Below, one piece after another: positions 47,501 to 55,962 of a DNA stretch of 56,201 nucleotides. The position numbers and the translations under genes are program-made. This DNA is from a bacterium. GTDB lineage: Bacteria; Hydrothermota; Tepidihabitantia; Tepidihabitantales; Tepidihabitantaceae. Location: the NCBI GenBank assembly GCA_046485285.1, contig JAWOHE010000002.1:1-56201 (forward strand), read 5' to 3'. How positions within the stretch are numbered: the first letter of the stretch is position 1; every line of letters starts with the position of its first letter. A model generated the notes under the pieces. It did no database searches. It had not been told where the DNA came from and saw nothing but the letters and a program-made list of their open reading frames with translations.

Positions 47501-48016
47501 GCAGTCGGCCTTCGCCTCGCGGTACTTCGCCAGCGTCGCCGCCTCCTCGAACATCCGGCGGACGTTACCGGCGATTATCTCCCGCATCTGGCGCAGGTCG
47601 AAGATCGAGTAGGCGCGCGTGCCGATGCCGGACTGGAGGAACACCTCCTGGATGTCTTTCATCCGGCAGGGCTGGCGGTTGAGGTAGTACTCGCTCTCGC
47701 CGGTCCGGAAGTACCGGCGCCGGATCTCGATCTCGGACGGGTACTCGGGCAGGCTGTCGTTCGCGAGTACCAGCCGCACCTCGGCCAGGTTCGTCGGCGC
47801 GATCGCCGCCGTGCCCCCGAAAATCAGGTCCTCGTTCCTCGCGCAACGCAGGACGTTCGAACTCTGCTCGCCGAGCACCCAGCGCAGGGCGTCAAGGATA
47901 TTGGTCTTGCCACAGCCGTTCGGCCCGATTATCGAGTTCATCCGCGGCGAGAACCGCAGTGTCGTCTTGTCCTGGAACGACTTGAACCCGACGAGCTGGA
48001 GCTCGCTGATGTGCAT
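44525..48016 (-). CDS. smc: Chromosome segregation protein SMC
   Basis: GFKSF, GPNGCGKT, long coiled coils, hinge, MDEIDAPLD; upstream of ftsY. Confidence 0.93.
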   Translation of the reverse strand: MHISELQLVGFKSFQDKTTLRFSPRMNSIIGPNGCGKTNILDALRWVLGEQSSNVLRCARNEDLIFGGTAAIAPTNLAEVRLVLANDSLPEYPSEIEIRRRYFRTGESEYYLNRQPCRMKDIQEVFLQSGIGTRAYSIFDLRQMREIIAGNVRRMFEEAATLAKYREAKADCQRKLELTEGDLVRLEDIIAERERVVRSLRRQSGRLRAWEKLRAGERDLRLLELKEEYDSAAREVGVVDRDVEALEAAEAGQLADIHRLETELARQRELVREMQGRKDVIVDDVRQRRGRLAELENRDLAASQRAEFLEADAARADREREELARSLAELEAGFNRAVQGLEQANARLHGLEAALGQAQEETARAEQKLFEARGHGQSVREALDGLLERRREASARAEYLEAVDRNLAESEERARRELAETRGRLGQMRADREQAGASATEASTGLERARARAAELEAALDAAEAGRDETRQALTAARDRRGRLEKELAVLRSAVPDLLAAARDQLGERVTSEVGSCLEIDPGWERACEAVLQPVLGFLVVEGRLAAAELERLAERGPEQGCGLLPPGEAAVEPAHGEDPAVLGPLAGHVKLRPGCPDAVGRLIGSALIVGEDADLEALAGRLPGRVLVSERGYARTADGGYVVAGPARGRLRLERKLGESAAGLRAAEEEFVALTARAAEQERGRVELDRALEEARAGLIEAERGRGACEVRSETLAARQAEVEREEQRLRDELARAGAGRRANEQELAAARDRLAGLSAQVEEQAGVQRRVEDGIRACEQAARDKLAAASERLAALGEGRQAVARLESERGFIRQNIEERRRQAESLERRAAEARAEAARLAAEHAALAPEVAAARAEIVGLEARVGEMSVADLVRSEEELEYNLAELRRARERNQSLLLEQRMRRHELAQRRKAIVEEAAGEYGTDVANFQPAAEESVAARLTEIRRRIQALGQVNPLALDEYEQERRDLERLAVQRADVVAARDNLAVSMLEIDRHARERFLETYRQVRGHFKEIFRQMFLAGEADLELVDEQNPLESEIAITARPRGKNPKRLEQLSDGEKALLAVSLLFAFYRVKPAPFCFMDEIDAPLDDANVGRFADYLKLMSEQTQVIIITHNRLTVERADSLFGVTAEQPGVSKLVSVNLADYRESAVGAAVS

Positions 48017-48070
48017 CGCCTAGAATATGAGCCGCGCCCGTGAAGTCAAGCGCCGTGCGGGCCGGCCCGC

Positions 48071-49057
48071 TCAGTTGATGATGAGGCCGGCCGCCTCCGC
48101 CGGGCTCGCCGGTCGCACCGACAGCGCCGCCCCCGCGGCGAGGACCGGCACGGCTTCGTCCTGCCGGCGGTCGGAGTAGCGCGCGCAGATGCGAGCCGCG
48201 AGCTCGCGGTCGCCGGCCCGGTCCGGGATGAGCAGGCCGACCGGCCCGGGCAGGTCGCCCGCGTCAATCACCGCCGCACCCTCCGGCCTGCGCCGCACAA
48301 GCTCGTCGTTCTCGGCCTCGTTGCGGCCGACGACCAGCCGCGCGCCGGACGGAAGCCGGAAGTGCCGCCCGAACCGCAGGAGCTCGACCGTCGCGACCGA
48401 GTCCTCGCCGTGCGCCAGCGCCTCGCCCAGCCTCGCGGCGAACCCGGCGTCGGTCAAGAGGCAGCCGCCCGCCGGGTTGGCGTAGCCGGAGAGCCCGAGC
48501 CCGGCCGCGAGCTCGAACTGCCGCTTCCGGCTCCGGCCCTGGATGTCGAGCAGGCGCGCCCGGTCGACGATGCCCTTCTGCTCCGGGACGGTCGGCTCGA
48601 GCAGCCGGGCCGACAGCGGCCGCAGCAAGTAACCCTCCGCGCCCGACCGCTTCGCGACCAGCTCGAGCCCCTGCTTGCGCTGGGACATCGGCCGCTGGCC
48701 GAGCACCTCGCCGGTGATGACGAATGCCGCGCCCCGCGCCCGCCCCCACTCCCAGGACCGGCGCACCATCAGGATGTGGCAGTCGATGCACGGGTTCAGG
48801 TTTCGGCCGTGGCCGTAGCGCGGCGCCTTGACGAGCTCGATGAACCCCTCGTCGATCGGTAGCCGGGCGAGCTCGATGCCGAGGCGCTCGGAGACGACCT
48901 CTGCTGGGCCCGGGCCGCCGTGCGGCGGCAGGCAGTAGCCGCCCGCGAAGTTGACGCCGGTGACCTCGATGCCCTGGTCCTGGATGACCCGCACCGCCAG
49001 CGCCGAGTCGAGCCCGCCCGACATCAGCGCGACGCAGCGCGCGCGGGTCTTCGTCAC
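48071..49057 (-). CDS. PP-loop tRNA thiouridylase-like protein (ThiI/MnmA-related)
   Basis: SGGLDS, NPCIDC, GEVLGQRPMSQ, PAGGCLLT, GRHFRL; GTGA coupling. Confidence 0.85.
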   Translation of the reverse strand: MTKTRARCVALMSGGLDSALAVRVIQDQGIEVTGVNFAGGYCLPPHGGPGPAEVVSERLGIELARLPIDEGFIELVKAPRYGHGRNLNPCIDCHILMVRRSWEWGRARGAAFVITGEVLGQRPMSQRKQGLELVAKRSGAEGYLLRPLSARLLEPTVPEQKGIVDRARLLDIQGRSRKRQFELAAGLGLSGYANPAGGCLLTDAGFAARLGEALAHGEDSVATVELLRFGRHFRLPSGARLVVGRNEAENDELVRRRPEGAAVIDAGDLPGPVGLLIPDRAGDRELAARICARYSDRRQDEAVPVLAAGAALSVRPASPAEAAGLIIN

Positions 49058-50814
49058 CGGGCCCGGCCGGCGTTGTGCGCATCGCGCTGCCACTTCGGCC
49101 AGGGTGCGGCCGGGTCGAGCGGCCCGTCCCGGTAGCCCGCGACACAGAAAATGCCGTCGTAGTAGGCAACGATGATGTCGCCCCGGCTGGTCAGCGTCGG
49201 CTGGATGCGCGGCATGCCGTCTCGACCGCGCGGGTGGTCTGAGAGAATACAACGCCAACGCTCGACGCCGTCATCCTGTCCGAGGCAGTGGACCGCCTCC
49301 GATTCGGGGGAGACCAGGTACAGCAGCCCGTTGGCGGCCAGCGCCGGCGTGCAGTCCATCTGGGCCTCCTCGTCCCACGTCGTCCATCGCTCGGTGCCAT
49401 CGAACTCCAGGCACGCGGTAGTGATATCGGCTGCGCAGTAGACGGCATCCCTGCCGACCGCGATGCCGTATACAAGCCGGGAGTCGTGGGTCCAGAGCGG
49501 ACTGCCGTCCGAGCCGAGCGCCCCGACCACGCAGCGGGTGTAGTCAACCGGCGTGCTGTAGTAGACCCGATCCGCACCGTCGACCGCCAGCGCATACACC
49601 GAACGCCCTTCGCTGACCCGGGTTTCCCAGATGACCGAGTCAAGGTCCGGGGTCAGGCAGGCGATCGTGCTCGCCCGGCCGACGATCAGGTTTCCTGCGG
49701 AGGTCGCCACCGGCGGCGAGAGGACCGTCACCGAGTCGAACGAGGCGACGACCTCGACCCCGGTACCGCGGTCCTCGAAGCACCAGAGCCGGCCCTCATG
49801 GTGCGGCCGAATTCCCCGGAAGTAATCCCAGGTCGCGTAGACCCGGTTTCCGGCAATCACCGGCGAGCTCCAGCGGCCGGTCGTCTCGGGTCGGACCGAC
49901 CAGACCGCGGTCAACCCCGGGCTGTAGGCCGAGAACGCGCCGTCGCTCCGGCCGACGATGATATGACCGGCCTGCTCGTTCCACGCCGGGAAAGGGCTGA
50001 ACTCGGTGCCCTGCGGCGCGGCCAGGATGCGGTGGCTCGCCCCGATGGCGTGCAGGTCCCTGCCGCTGACGATGACCAGTTCCTCGCCGCCGGCGAACAC
50101 GACCAGTGGCGCGCCGTCATAGCCCATCCAGGGCTCACACCGATGTGACCAGCGCACCGCCCCGGTCTCGCCGACGAGAAGCGTCTCTGCCGGGCTCCAG
50201 TCACTCTCGCTGCCCTTCCAGTCCCGGGCCTTGGCCCTCACTGCCACAGGCCCGGTCTGCCCGAACCGGTGCGAGTCCAGCGCCCATTCGTCCACGCCCC
50301 CGTCGGTGAACCCGGTCCAGGCCCCGACCGTGCCGTCGTAATCGAACAGGTACTGCACGCTGTCAAGGTCAGGGTCCGGCGCCTGCGCCCGGAAGAAAGT
50401 CCAGGCGTCCGGCACCGCCCGCGCCGGCAGATGGAGTGCCGGCACCGCCGGCACCCCGTTCGCCAGCACCGCGATTGCCGCCGGCTCGGACCAGCCCGAA
50501 GCCTCGCCCGGCCGGCCCGCGATCGCGGCCCGGAACCTCACGTCGTGGTCTCCCGGGTTCAGCCAGGCGTGCCGCATCACCGCGGTGTCATCCGACCCGA
50601 ACGCCGGCGACGTATCGGCCTGCCCGTCGCCCCAGTCCGCGACAAAGACAATCGGCACCCCGCCCGGCGACCGGCTCGTCAGCCGGAACCCGGCCGGCTG
50701 GGCCTGGTAGGCGCTCGCCGGATTCTCGACGAGCTCGGGCACGAGCGGCGCGACGTCACTGCAGGCGAGCGCGGCCAGCGCGGCCGCAGCCAGTCGCCAC
50801 TCATTCCTGCTCAT
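49054..50814 (-). CDS. Lipoprotein: two PKD-like domains plus PQQ-like beta-propeller
   Basis: Lipobox ALAC; DWGDG; WPKWQRD..NAG. Confidence 0.8.
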   Translation of the reverse strand: MSRNEWRLAAAALAALACSDVAPLVPELVENPASAYQAQPAGFRLTSRSPGGVPIVFVADWGDGQADTSPAFGSDDTAVMRHAWLNPGDHDVRFRAAIAGRPGEASGWSEPAAIAVLANGVPAVPALHLPARAVPDAWTFFRAQAPDPDLDSVQYLFDYDGTVGAWTGFTDGGVDEWALDSHRFGQTGPVAVRAKARDWKGSESDWSPAETLLVGETGAVRWSHRCEPWMGYDGAPLVVFAGGEELVIVSGRDLHAIGASHRILAAPQGTEFSPFPAWNEQAGHIIVGRSDGAFSAYSPGLTAVWSVRPETTGRWSSPVIAGNRVYATWDYFRGIRPHHEGRLWCFEDRGTGVEVVASFDSVTVLSPPVATSAGNLIVGRASTIACLTPDLDSVIWETRVSEGRSVYALAVDGADRVYYSTPVDYTRCVVGALGSDGSPLWTHDSRLVYGIAVGRDAVYCAADITTACLEFDGTERWTTWDEEAQMDCTPALAANGLLYLVSPESEAVHCLGQDDGVERWRCILSDHPRGRDGMPRIQPTLTSRGDIIVAYYDGIFCVAGYRDGPLDPAAPWPKWQRDAHNAGRAR

Positions 50815-50860
50815 GCCTCATCTTACTGCCGGCCTGACTCCTGTCAACCCCGGGCAAGGC

Positions 50861-50895
50861 GGAGACCGGGGCGCGGGTGAGGCGCCCCGGTCTCC
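50861..50895 (-). terminator. Hairpin downstream of the Spy-like gene
   Basis: GGAGACCGGGGCGC-N7-GCGCCCCGGTCTCC. Confidence 0.7.
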
Positions 50896-50917
50896 AGGAG
50901 GCGGGAGGGAGGAAGAC

Positions 50918-51490
50918 CTACTTCTTGTCCGGCGCTGCCTTGTGCCTAGGGCGGTCGCCGCAATCGTCACAGCCGCCGCGCCGGCCCGCGCCGTGCATCA
51001 TCTCGCGGCCCGCGCCCTTGCCGCGCATCATCCCCCGGCCGCGCCGGCCGCCCTCGCCGAAGCCGGCCCGGAACTGCTCGCGCTGCTCCGGGGTCAACAG
51101 GTCGTAGAGCGTCAGCCGTTGGCTGGCCCGGGCGACCGCGAGCTTCTCGCGCAGGCCGGAAACTTCCTTGACCTTGGCGACGATCTTCTTCGCGTCAAGC
51201 TTCTCGGCGCGCCAGAGCGCGGCGAGCTCGACCTGCTTGACCTCGATGTCGGCCCGCATCCCGACGGTCGCCTTGACGTGCTCGTCGCGCAGGCCGTCGA
51301 ACTTCTTGACCTGCTCCTCGGTGAGCTTCAGTCCTGCGAGTCCCATCCCCGCGCCCCGGCCCATCTTCATCCCGGCCTTGCCGTGCCCGCCGCAATCGTC
51401 GCCAGACGCGGCCGGCTGGGCCAGCGTCACCGCGGGCAGGGCCGCGAGCACCAGGGCCGCGACCAGGACCATCGTCATTCTTCTCGTCAT
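50918..51490 (-). CDS. Spy/CpxP/ZraP family periplasmic protein
   Basis: Signal peptide, LKLTEEQ and LLTPEQ (LTxxQ) motifs, G/M-rich tails; SD GGAGG. Confidence 0.88.
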   Translation of the reverse strand: MTRRMTMVLVAALVLAALPAVTLAQPAASGDDCGGHGKAGMKMGRGAGMGLAGLKLTEEQVKKFDGLRDEHVKATVGMRADIEVKQVELAALWRAEKLDAKKIVAKVKEVSGLREKLAVARASQRLTLYDLLTPEQREQFRAGFGEGGRRGRGMMRGKGAGREMMHGAGRRGGCDDCGDRPRHKAAPDKK

Positions 51491-51607
51491 TCGTTCGCTC
51501 CTCCGGTTTGAAGTCACGGACGGCCCAGCATCGCGGCAGCAAATGGGTTGACCGAGCTGTCGTCTTGTTCGATGCCGGGCCGCCGTGCTGTTAATCCTCA
51601 CTGTCGT

Positions 51608-52150
51608 TTACCTGCCGGTCTCCGGCCCCCGCTCGCGCGGCGGCGGGGGCGGCTCGCCGGGTATCGGCTCGAAATCCGGCCGCGGGTCGTACGGCCCGCA
51701 GTCGCGCCGGAAGTGATACTGCCTGCGGCCGCGCCGGCCCCGTCCGTCGTGCATCCGCTCCCAGCGCTCGCGCAGGGCGCCCCGGCGCTTGTCCGGGAAC
51801 AGCCCGAAAATCTCCCGGCCGGTGCTGAACGCCACCCGGTTCATCTCCCGGTGGACGCCGGCCAGCCGGTCGAGCAATGAGTCGACCGCGGTCGAGTCCG
51901 GCTTCGCGCTGTCGCCGAGCAGAGCCAGCGCCCGGCGCGTCTCGAAATACTCATACCTGAGCGAGTCCATCTCGCCCTCGTGCTCGCGGAGCACCGCCGA
52001 CACCCGCTCGCGCGCGCCGGTCCGGAGTTCGCGGTAAAACCTGCGGTGACCGCTCCAGCGCCGGTACCGGAAGTACGCGAACGCGCCGATCGCGCCTGCG
52101 TTCAGGGCAAGCGAGACCAAGAGCGCCGCGACCAGCCAGCGGGTCCTCAT
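51608..52150 (-). CDS. Membrane-anchored periplasmic heavy-metal sensor (CnrX/ZraP-like)
   Basis: LLVSLALN anchor followed by helical hairpin. Confidence 0.75.
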   Translation of the reverse strand: MRTRWLVAALLVSLALNAGAIGAFAYFRYRRWSGHRRFYRELRTGARERVSAVLREHEGEMDSLRYEYFETRRALALLGDSAKPDSTAVDSLLDRLAGVHREMNRVAFSTGREIFGLFPDKRRGALRERWERMHDGRGRRGRRQYHFRRDCGPYDPRPDFEPIPGEPPPPPRERGPETGR

Positions 52151-52569
52151 CGCCCGCCCCCGAGCGAGACCTCAACATACTCGGTCAGCGCCGGCTCGCC
52201 GTTCACCGCCAGCGGGTCGTAGCCCGCCTCCTGGTCGGCAAGGTCCGCGCCGACCGCCGCGCCGGCCCAGACCCCGCCGGCCACGAACAGCGTCACCGCG
52301 GCCGTGACCGTCGCCCGCACCCAGGCCGGCCGCCGGGAAGCGCGCGCCGCGCCGGCCCGGACCTCGGCCATCACCCGGGCCGCGAGCCACGGGCCCGGCT
52401 CCGGCGCGGCCAGTTCGTGCAGCAGCGCCCGGTCCGCCTCGAGCCCGCTCCGGGCCGCGCTGCAGTCCGGGCATCCGGCCAGGTGGCGCGCAAGCCGCTC
52501 GGCCCGCGCGTCATCCAGCTCGCCGGCGACCAGCACCGGAAGGATTCGCCTGACCTCTTTGCACTTCAT
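52147..52569 (-). CDS. zf-HC2 anti-sigma factor
   Basis: C...GEL...HLAGCPDC, single TM. Confidence 0.9.
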   Translation of the reverse strand: MKCKEVRRILPVLVAGELDDARAERLARHLAGCPDCSAARSGLEADRALLHELAAPEPGPWLAARVMAEVRAGAARASRRPAWVRATVTAAVTLFVAGGVWAGAAVGADLADQEAGYDPLAVNGEPALTEYVEVSLGGGR

Positions 52570-52621
52570 GATTCTCTAACCTCCCTAGACCCGGCCGGGG
52601 CCGAAACCCTGCGCCCGGTCA

Positions 52622-53188
52622 TCAGACGATTCCCTTCTCCCGGGCCGGCCCGAGCAGCCGGCGCAGGTTCTGCCGGGCTCGGAACAGGAGCGAGTCCACC
52701 GCCCGGACCGACCGGCCCAGCGCGGCCGCCGCGTCCCGGTAGCTCAAATCCTGGTACTCGACCAGTACCAGCGCGGCGCGCTGGTCCGCCGGCAGGCGGT
52801 CGAGCGCCTCGCGCACCGCCGCGATGCGCCGCTCGCGGGCGTAACTCTCCGCCGGCTCCGACGACTCCGGCGCGGGCAGGGTCTCGGGCAGCTCGCAGGT
52901 CGGCTTGCGCCGGGTCGCCCGGTTGATGCAGAGGTTGGTCGCGATCCGGTACAGCCAGGTCTTGAAACTCGAGTCGCCCCGGAAGCCCCGGAGCCCGCCC
53001 CACGCCTTGACGAATGCCTGCTGGGCCATCTCCTCGGCGTCGGCCGGGTTGCCGCACATCCGGTACAGGTAGCCGAACAGCCCGCGCTGGTGGCGCCGGA
53101 CCAGCTCCTCGAACGCGGCGAGGTCGCCGTCCATCGCCGAGCGGGCGAGGGCGAGCTCGGCGTCGGCTTCCGGCCGTTCGGTCACCAC
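52622..53188 (-). CDS. ECF sigma-70 factor
   Basis: AFEELV, DAEE, FKTWLYRIATN, region 4 LSY...AVDSLLFRAR; start uncertain. Confidence 0.93.
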   Translation of the reverse strand: MVTERPEADAELALARSAMDGDLAAFEELVRRHQRGLFGYLYRMCGNPADAEEMAQQAFVKAWGGLRGFRGDSSFKTWLYRIATNLCINRATRRKPTCELPETLPAPESSEPAESYARERRIAAVREALDRLPADQRAALVLVEYQDLSYRDAAAALGRSVRAVDSLLFRARQNLRRLLGPAREKGIV

Positions 53189-53284
53189 CCGCTCACGCCC
53201 CGCGCGGGAGAAACTCCGCGCCCCGAAACCGGCGATAGCGCCCATCATTGCCAAAGACCCTGTCCCTGCCCATATCCTGCGCCG

Positions 53285-53752
53285 CTACGCGTCCTGCGCC
53301 CGGCGGGCGAACTCGCGCGCCTCCCGGCGCAGCCGCTCCCTGTCGCCCGGCCGGATGTCGATTTCGCCGTAGGCGACAACGGTCAACCCGCGCCCGGCCA
53401 GCAGTTGCCCAAGCTTCTCCTGCGCCCGCTGGGTCGGCCCGCCCTTCGTCGAAAAGCACACCGCCAGCCGCGCCGGCAGCTTCGCCGCCTTCAGGAACGT
53501 CCGGGCCGGCGACGCCGGCTTCCACGCCCAGACCGGCGTGCAGAGCAGTACCAGCCCGCAGTCGCGGAAATCCGTCCTCACCGGCTTGAGCCTCATATCA
53601 AGGTTGAAGAACGAGTGAAAACCCATCATCGCGTAGCCGTACTGCAGGACCGTCTCGATTCGCACGGACGGCGCGCCAAGCTCCTGCGCCGCCGCCTCGG
53701 CGATGATGGCATTGTGACCGAACCGGGTGTAGTAGACCACCGCCGTCTTCAC
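53285..53752 (-). CDS. Flavodoxin-like protein
   Basis: VYYTRFGHN, TPVWAW, FSTKGG; SD GAGGAGG. Confidence 0.8.
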   Translation of the reverse strand: MKTAVVYYTRFGHNAIIAEAAAQELGAPSVRIETVLQYGYAMMGFHSFFNLDMRLKPVRTDFRDCGLVLLCTPVWAWKPASPARTFLKAAKLPARLAVCFSTKGGPTQRAQEKLGQLLAGRGLTVVAYGEIDIRPGDRERLRREAREFARRAQDA

Positions 53753-53803
53753 GTCGTGCCTCCTCTTCTGTCGCGCATCAACATAGCCCGCCGCCCGCCG
53801 CTG

Positions 53804-54664
53804 TCAATGGCCGCCGAGCTGGAGCAGGACCATCGCCGCCACCGCCAACGCGATGCCGGCCCAGCTCCGCGCGCCCGGCCGCTCGCGCCAGACCAGCGCC
53901 CCGGCCAGCGCCAGCAGGCCGACCTCGCCCGCCGCGATAACCGGGTACACCACCATCCCGGGCAGGACCGTCAGCGCCAGCACCAGGAACAGGTAGTTGC
54001 CGAGGTTCGCCAGCCCGAACAGGCTGCCCCACGCCAGCGCCTCGCTGTCGAGCCGCTCCCGCCGCAGGTAGCAGAGCGCCGTCGTCACGAGGAAGGCCGC
54101 GGCGAAAATCACCGCCTGGAACGGCAGGTGCTCCTCCTGCGGCAGTTCCTTCCGGAACAGCAGCGCCGCGGACACGACCAGCCCGTCGACGAGGAACAGC
54201 GCGGCCAGCCACAGCGCCGCCCGGCCCCGCCCCGCACCCGCGCCAGCGCCCCGGACCCGGCCCGCGTCCGACAGCACGAGCCCGAGCGCGGCCAGCGCGA
54301 GCCCGGCCCCGGCCAGCTCGAACCCGGTCGGCCGCTCGCGCCAGACCAGCGCCGAAAGCGCCACCGGCACCGCGACCGCGGTCCGCATCGCCACCACCGA
54401 CAGCGCCAGCCCGGCCGCCCGGATTGCCCGGGCCCAGATCACCAGCCCGGCCACGAACACCACCCCGGTCCCGGCCCCGAGCAGCGCGGTCGGCGCCGAG
54501 ACGTGGTGCTGGCCGGCGAGGTACGCGCCGAAGAACGCCACCACCGCCGCCACCGCGTAGTTCACCCGGATCATCGGCAGGAGCGGCCGGCCCCGGCCCT
54601 CCTGCCGCCGCAGAATCAACCCGAGCCCGACCGCGGCCGCGACCTTGAGCAGGAGGAAATGCAC
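53804..54664 (-). CDS. DMT/EamA family transporter
   Basis: About ten TMs in two halves, WRERP twice; GTG 5 nt after TTGACC-16-GATACT. Confidence 0.82.
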   Translation of the reverse strand: MHFLLLKVAAAVGLGLILRRQEGRGRPLLPMIRVNYAVAAVVAFFGAYLAGQHHVSAPTALLGAGTGVVFVAGLVIWARAIRAAGLALSVVAMRTAVAVPVALSALVWRERPTGFELAGAGLALAALGLVLSDAGRVRGAGAGAGRGRAALWLAALFLVDGLVVSAALLFRKELPQEEHLPFQAVIFAAAFLVTTALCYLRRERLDSEALAWGSLFGLANLGNYLFLVLALTVLPGMVVYPVIAAGEVGLLALAGALVWRERPGARSWAGIALAVAAMVLLQLGGH

Positions 54665-54733
54665 CGCCAAGTATCCGCCTGCCCGCCGCCCGGTCAACGC
54701 TTGACATCGCCCCGGCCGGCGCTATGTTCCGGC

Positions 54734-55159
54734 GTGAACTCCCGCGAACTGCTCGACCTCGCCGCCCGCTTCCACGGTCACCTCGGCCCCTGGCTCGCGC
54801 TCGGCCTCCGCGCCGGGCTCCACGCCCGCCGCGCGGTCAGCGCCGACCCCTTCTGCCTCACCGCCGTCGTCCGCTGCCCGGGCCGCACCCCCTACACCTG
54901 CTTCCTCGACGGCGTCCAGTTCGGCTCCGGCTGCACCCTCGGCAAGGGCAACATCCGCCACCTCCGCGCCGCCCGCCACCTCGTCGCCGAGTTCCGCCGC
55001 CGCGACGGCAACGGCCCGGCGCTCCGGCTCGAACTCCGGCCCGAGGTCTGGACCGAGCTTCACCTCGCCCCGGCCCGCACCGAACCCGCGGTCGTCCGCC
55101 TCGGCCGGGCGTTCTACCGCCGCCCCCTCGCGCGGCTCTTCATCGAGACGCACCGCTGA
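54734..55159 (+). CDS. FmdE family protein
   Basis: FHGHLGP, CFLDGVQ...CTLGKGNI; GTG 5 nt after TTGACA-16-TATGTT. Confidence 0.85.
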   Translation: MNSRELLDLAARFHGHLGPWLALGLRAGLHARRAVSADPFCLTAVVRCPGRTPYTCFLDGVQFGSGCTLGKGNIRHLRAARHLVAEFRRRDGNGPALRLELRPEVWTELHLAPARTEPAVVRLGRAFYRRPLARLFIETHR

Positions 55160-55230
55160 ATCCGGCGCCTGCCCGCCGCGTCTAACAGCGCGAAAGAGAT
55201 GAATGACCGGATTCAAAGGAGGTGTTAAGT

Positions 55231-55674
55231 ATGTCCAGGAATCTGGTCCGCTGGGACCCCTTCCGTGAAGTCAGTTCGCTCCGCGACGACATGGAGTGGC
55301 TATTCGACTCGGTCTATGGCCGCTACCCGCGCGAGCGCTCGGAAATCAACTGGGCTCCGCCCCTCGACATCGAGGAAACCGAGTCAAGCCTCGTCGTCCG
55401 GGCCGAGATCCCGGGGATGAAGAAGGACGACATCAAGATCTCGCTCACCGGTGACACCCTCTGCATCTCGGGCGAGCGCCACCACGAAGCCGAGCAGAAA
55501 GACAAGACATTCCACCGCATCGAGCGCGCCTACGGACGGTTCATGCGCACTCTCGTCCTTCCCACCGACGTCGACGGCAGCAAGGTCAAGGCCGCCTACA
55601 AGGACGGCGTCCTCGAACTGACCCTGCCCAAGTCGGAGAAGGCCAAGTCGCGCGACATCGCGATCGAAGGCTAG
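55231..55674 (+). CDS. Hsp20/alpha-crystallin small heat-shock protein
   Basis: WDPFRE, P.DIEE, ERAYGRF, YKDGVLELTLPK; SD AAAGGAGG. Confidence 0.95.
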   Translation: MSRNLVRWDPFREVSSLRDDMEWLFDSVYGRYPRERSEINWAPPLDIEETESSLVVRAEIPGMKKDDIKISLTGDTLCISGERHHEAEQKDKTFHRIERAYGRFMRTLVLPTDVDGSKVKAAYKDGVLELTLPKSEKAKSRDIAIEG

Positions 55675-55699
55675 GCCCGGAAGAACTCTGGCTCGGTCT

Positions 55700-55725
55700 G
55701 CGCGGCCCGGCCCCCCGGGCCGCGC
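55700..55725 (+). terminator. Hairpin after hsp20
   Basis: GCGCGGCCCGG-CCCC-CCGGGCCGCGC. Confidence 0.6.
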
Positions 55726-55749
55726 GACTCGTTCCGCGGCCGGGCCGCC

Positions 55750-55911
55750 GGTTCATCGTTCCTGGTTCTCAGTTCGGAGTTCCGCGCTCATCGCTCCCCC
55801 TTCGCCCCCGCCCGTCATCTCGGCCAACGTGGAGGAATCCCTTTCCGGCCCGTGCGGGCCGTGGTTCATGGTTCAAGGCTCATGCTCCGGGGTTCATCGT
55901 CCCGCGCTCTG
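55750..55911. repeat. Two tracts of degenerate 7-bp tandem repeats, NG(T/C)TCNN
   Basis: 55750-55798 and 55863-55911, seven units each. Confidence 0.7.
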
Positions 55912-55962
55912 CCTTCGTCCCTTCCCTCCTCCCCTTCCTTCCTAGTGCTCTTCGCGCCTTCC

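Noticed and set aside
41997-48016. Anti-phage system (Wadjet/Lamassu-like SMC with HEAT protein)
   Set aside because: The SMC has a canonical N-terminus, a hinge and the housekeeping smc-ftsY linkage; no jet or lmu partner genes.
53090-54733. N-terminal part of the 689-aa ORF
   Set aside because: Antisense to the flavodoxin and DMT genes; the real FmdE gene starts at 54734.
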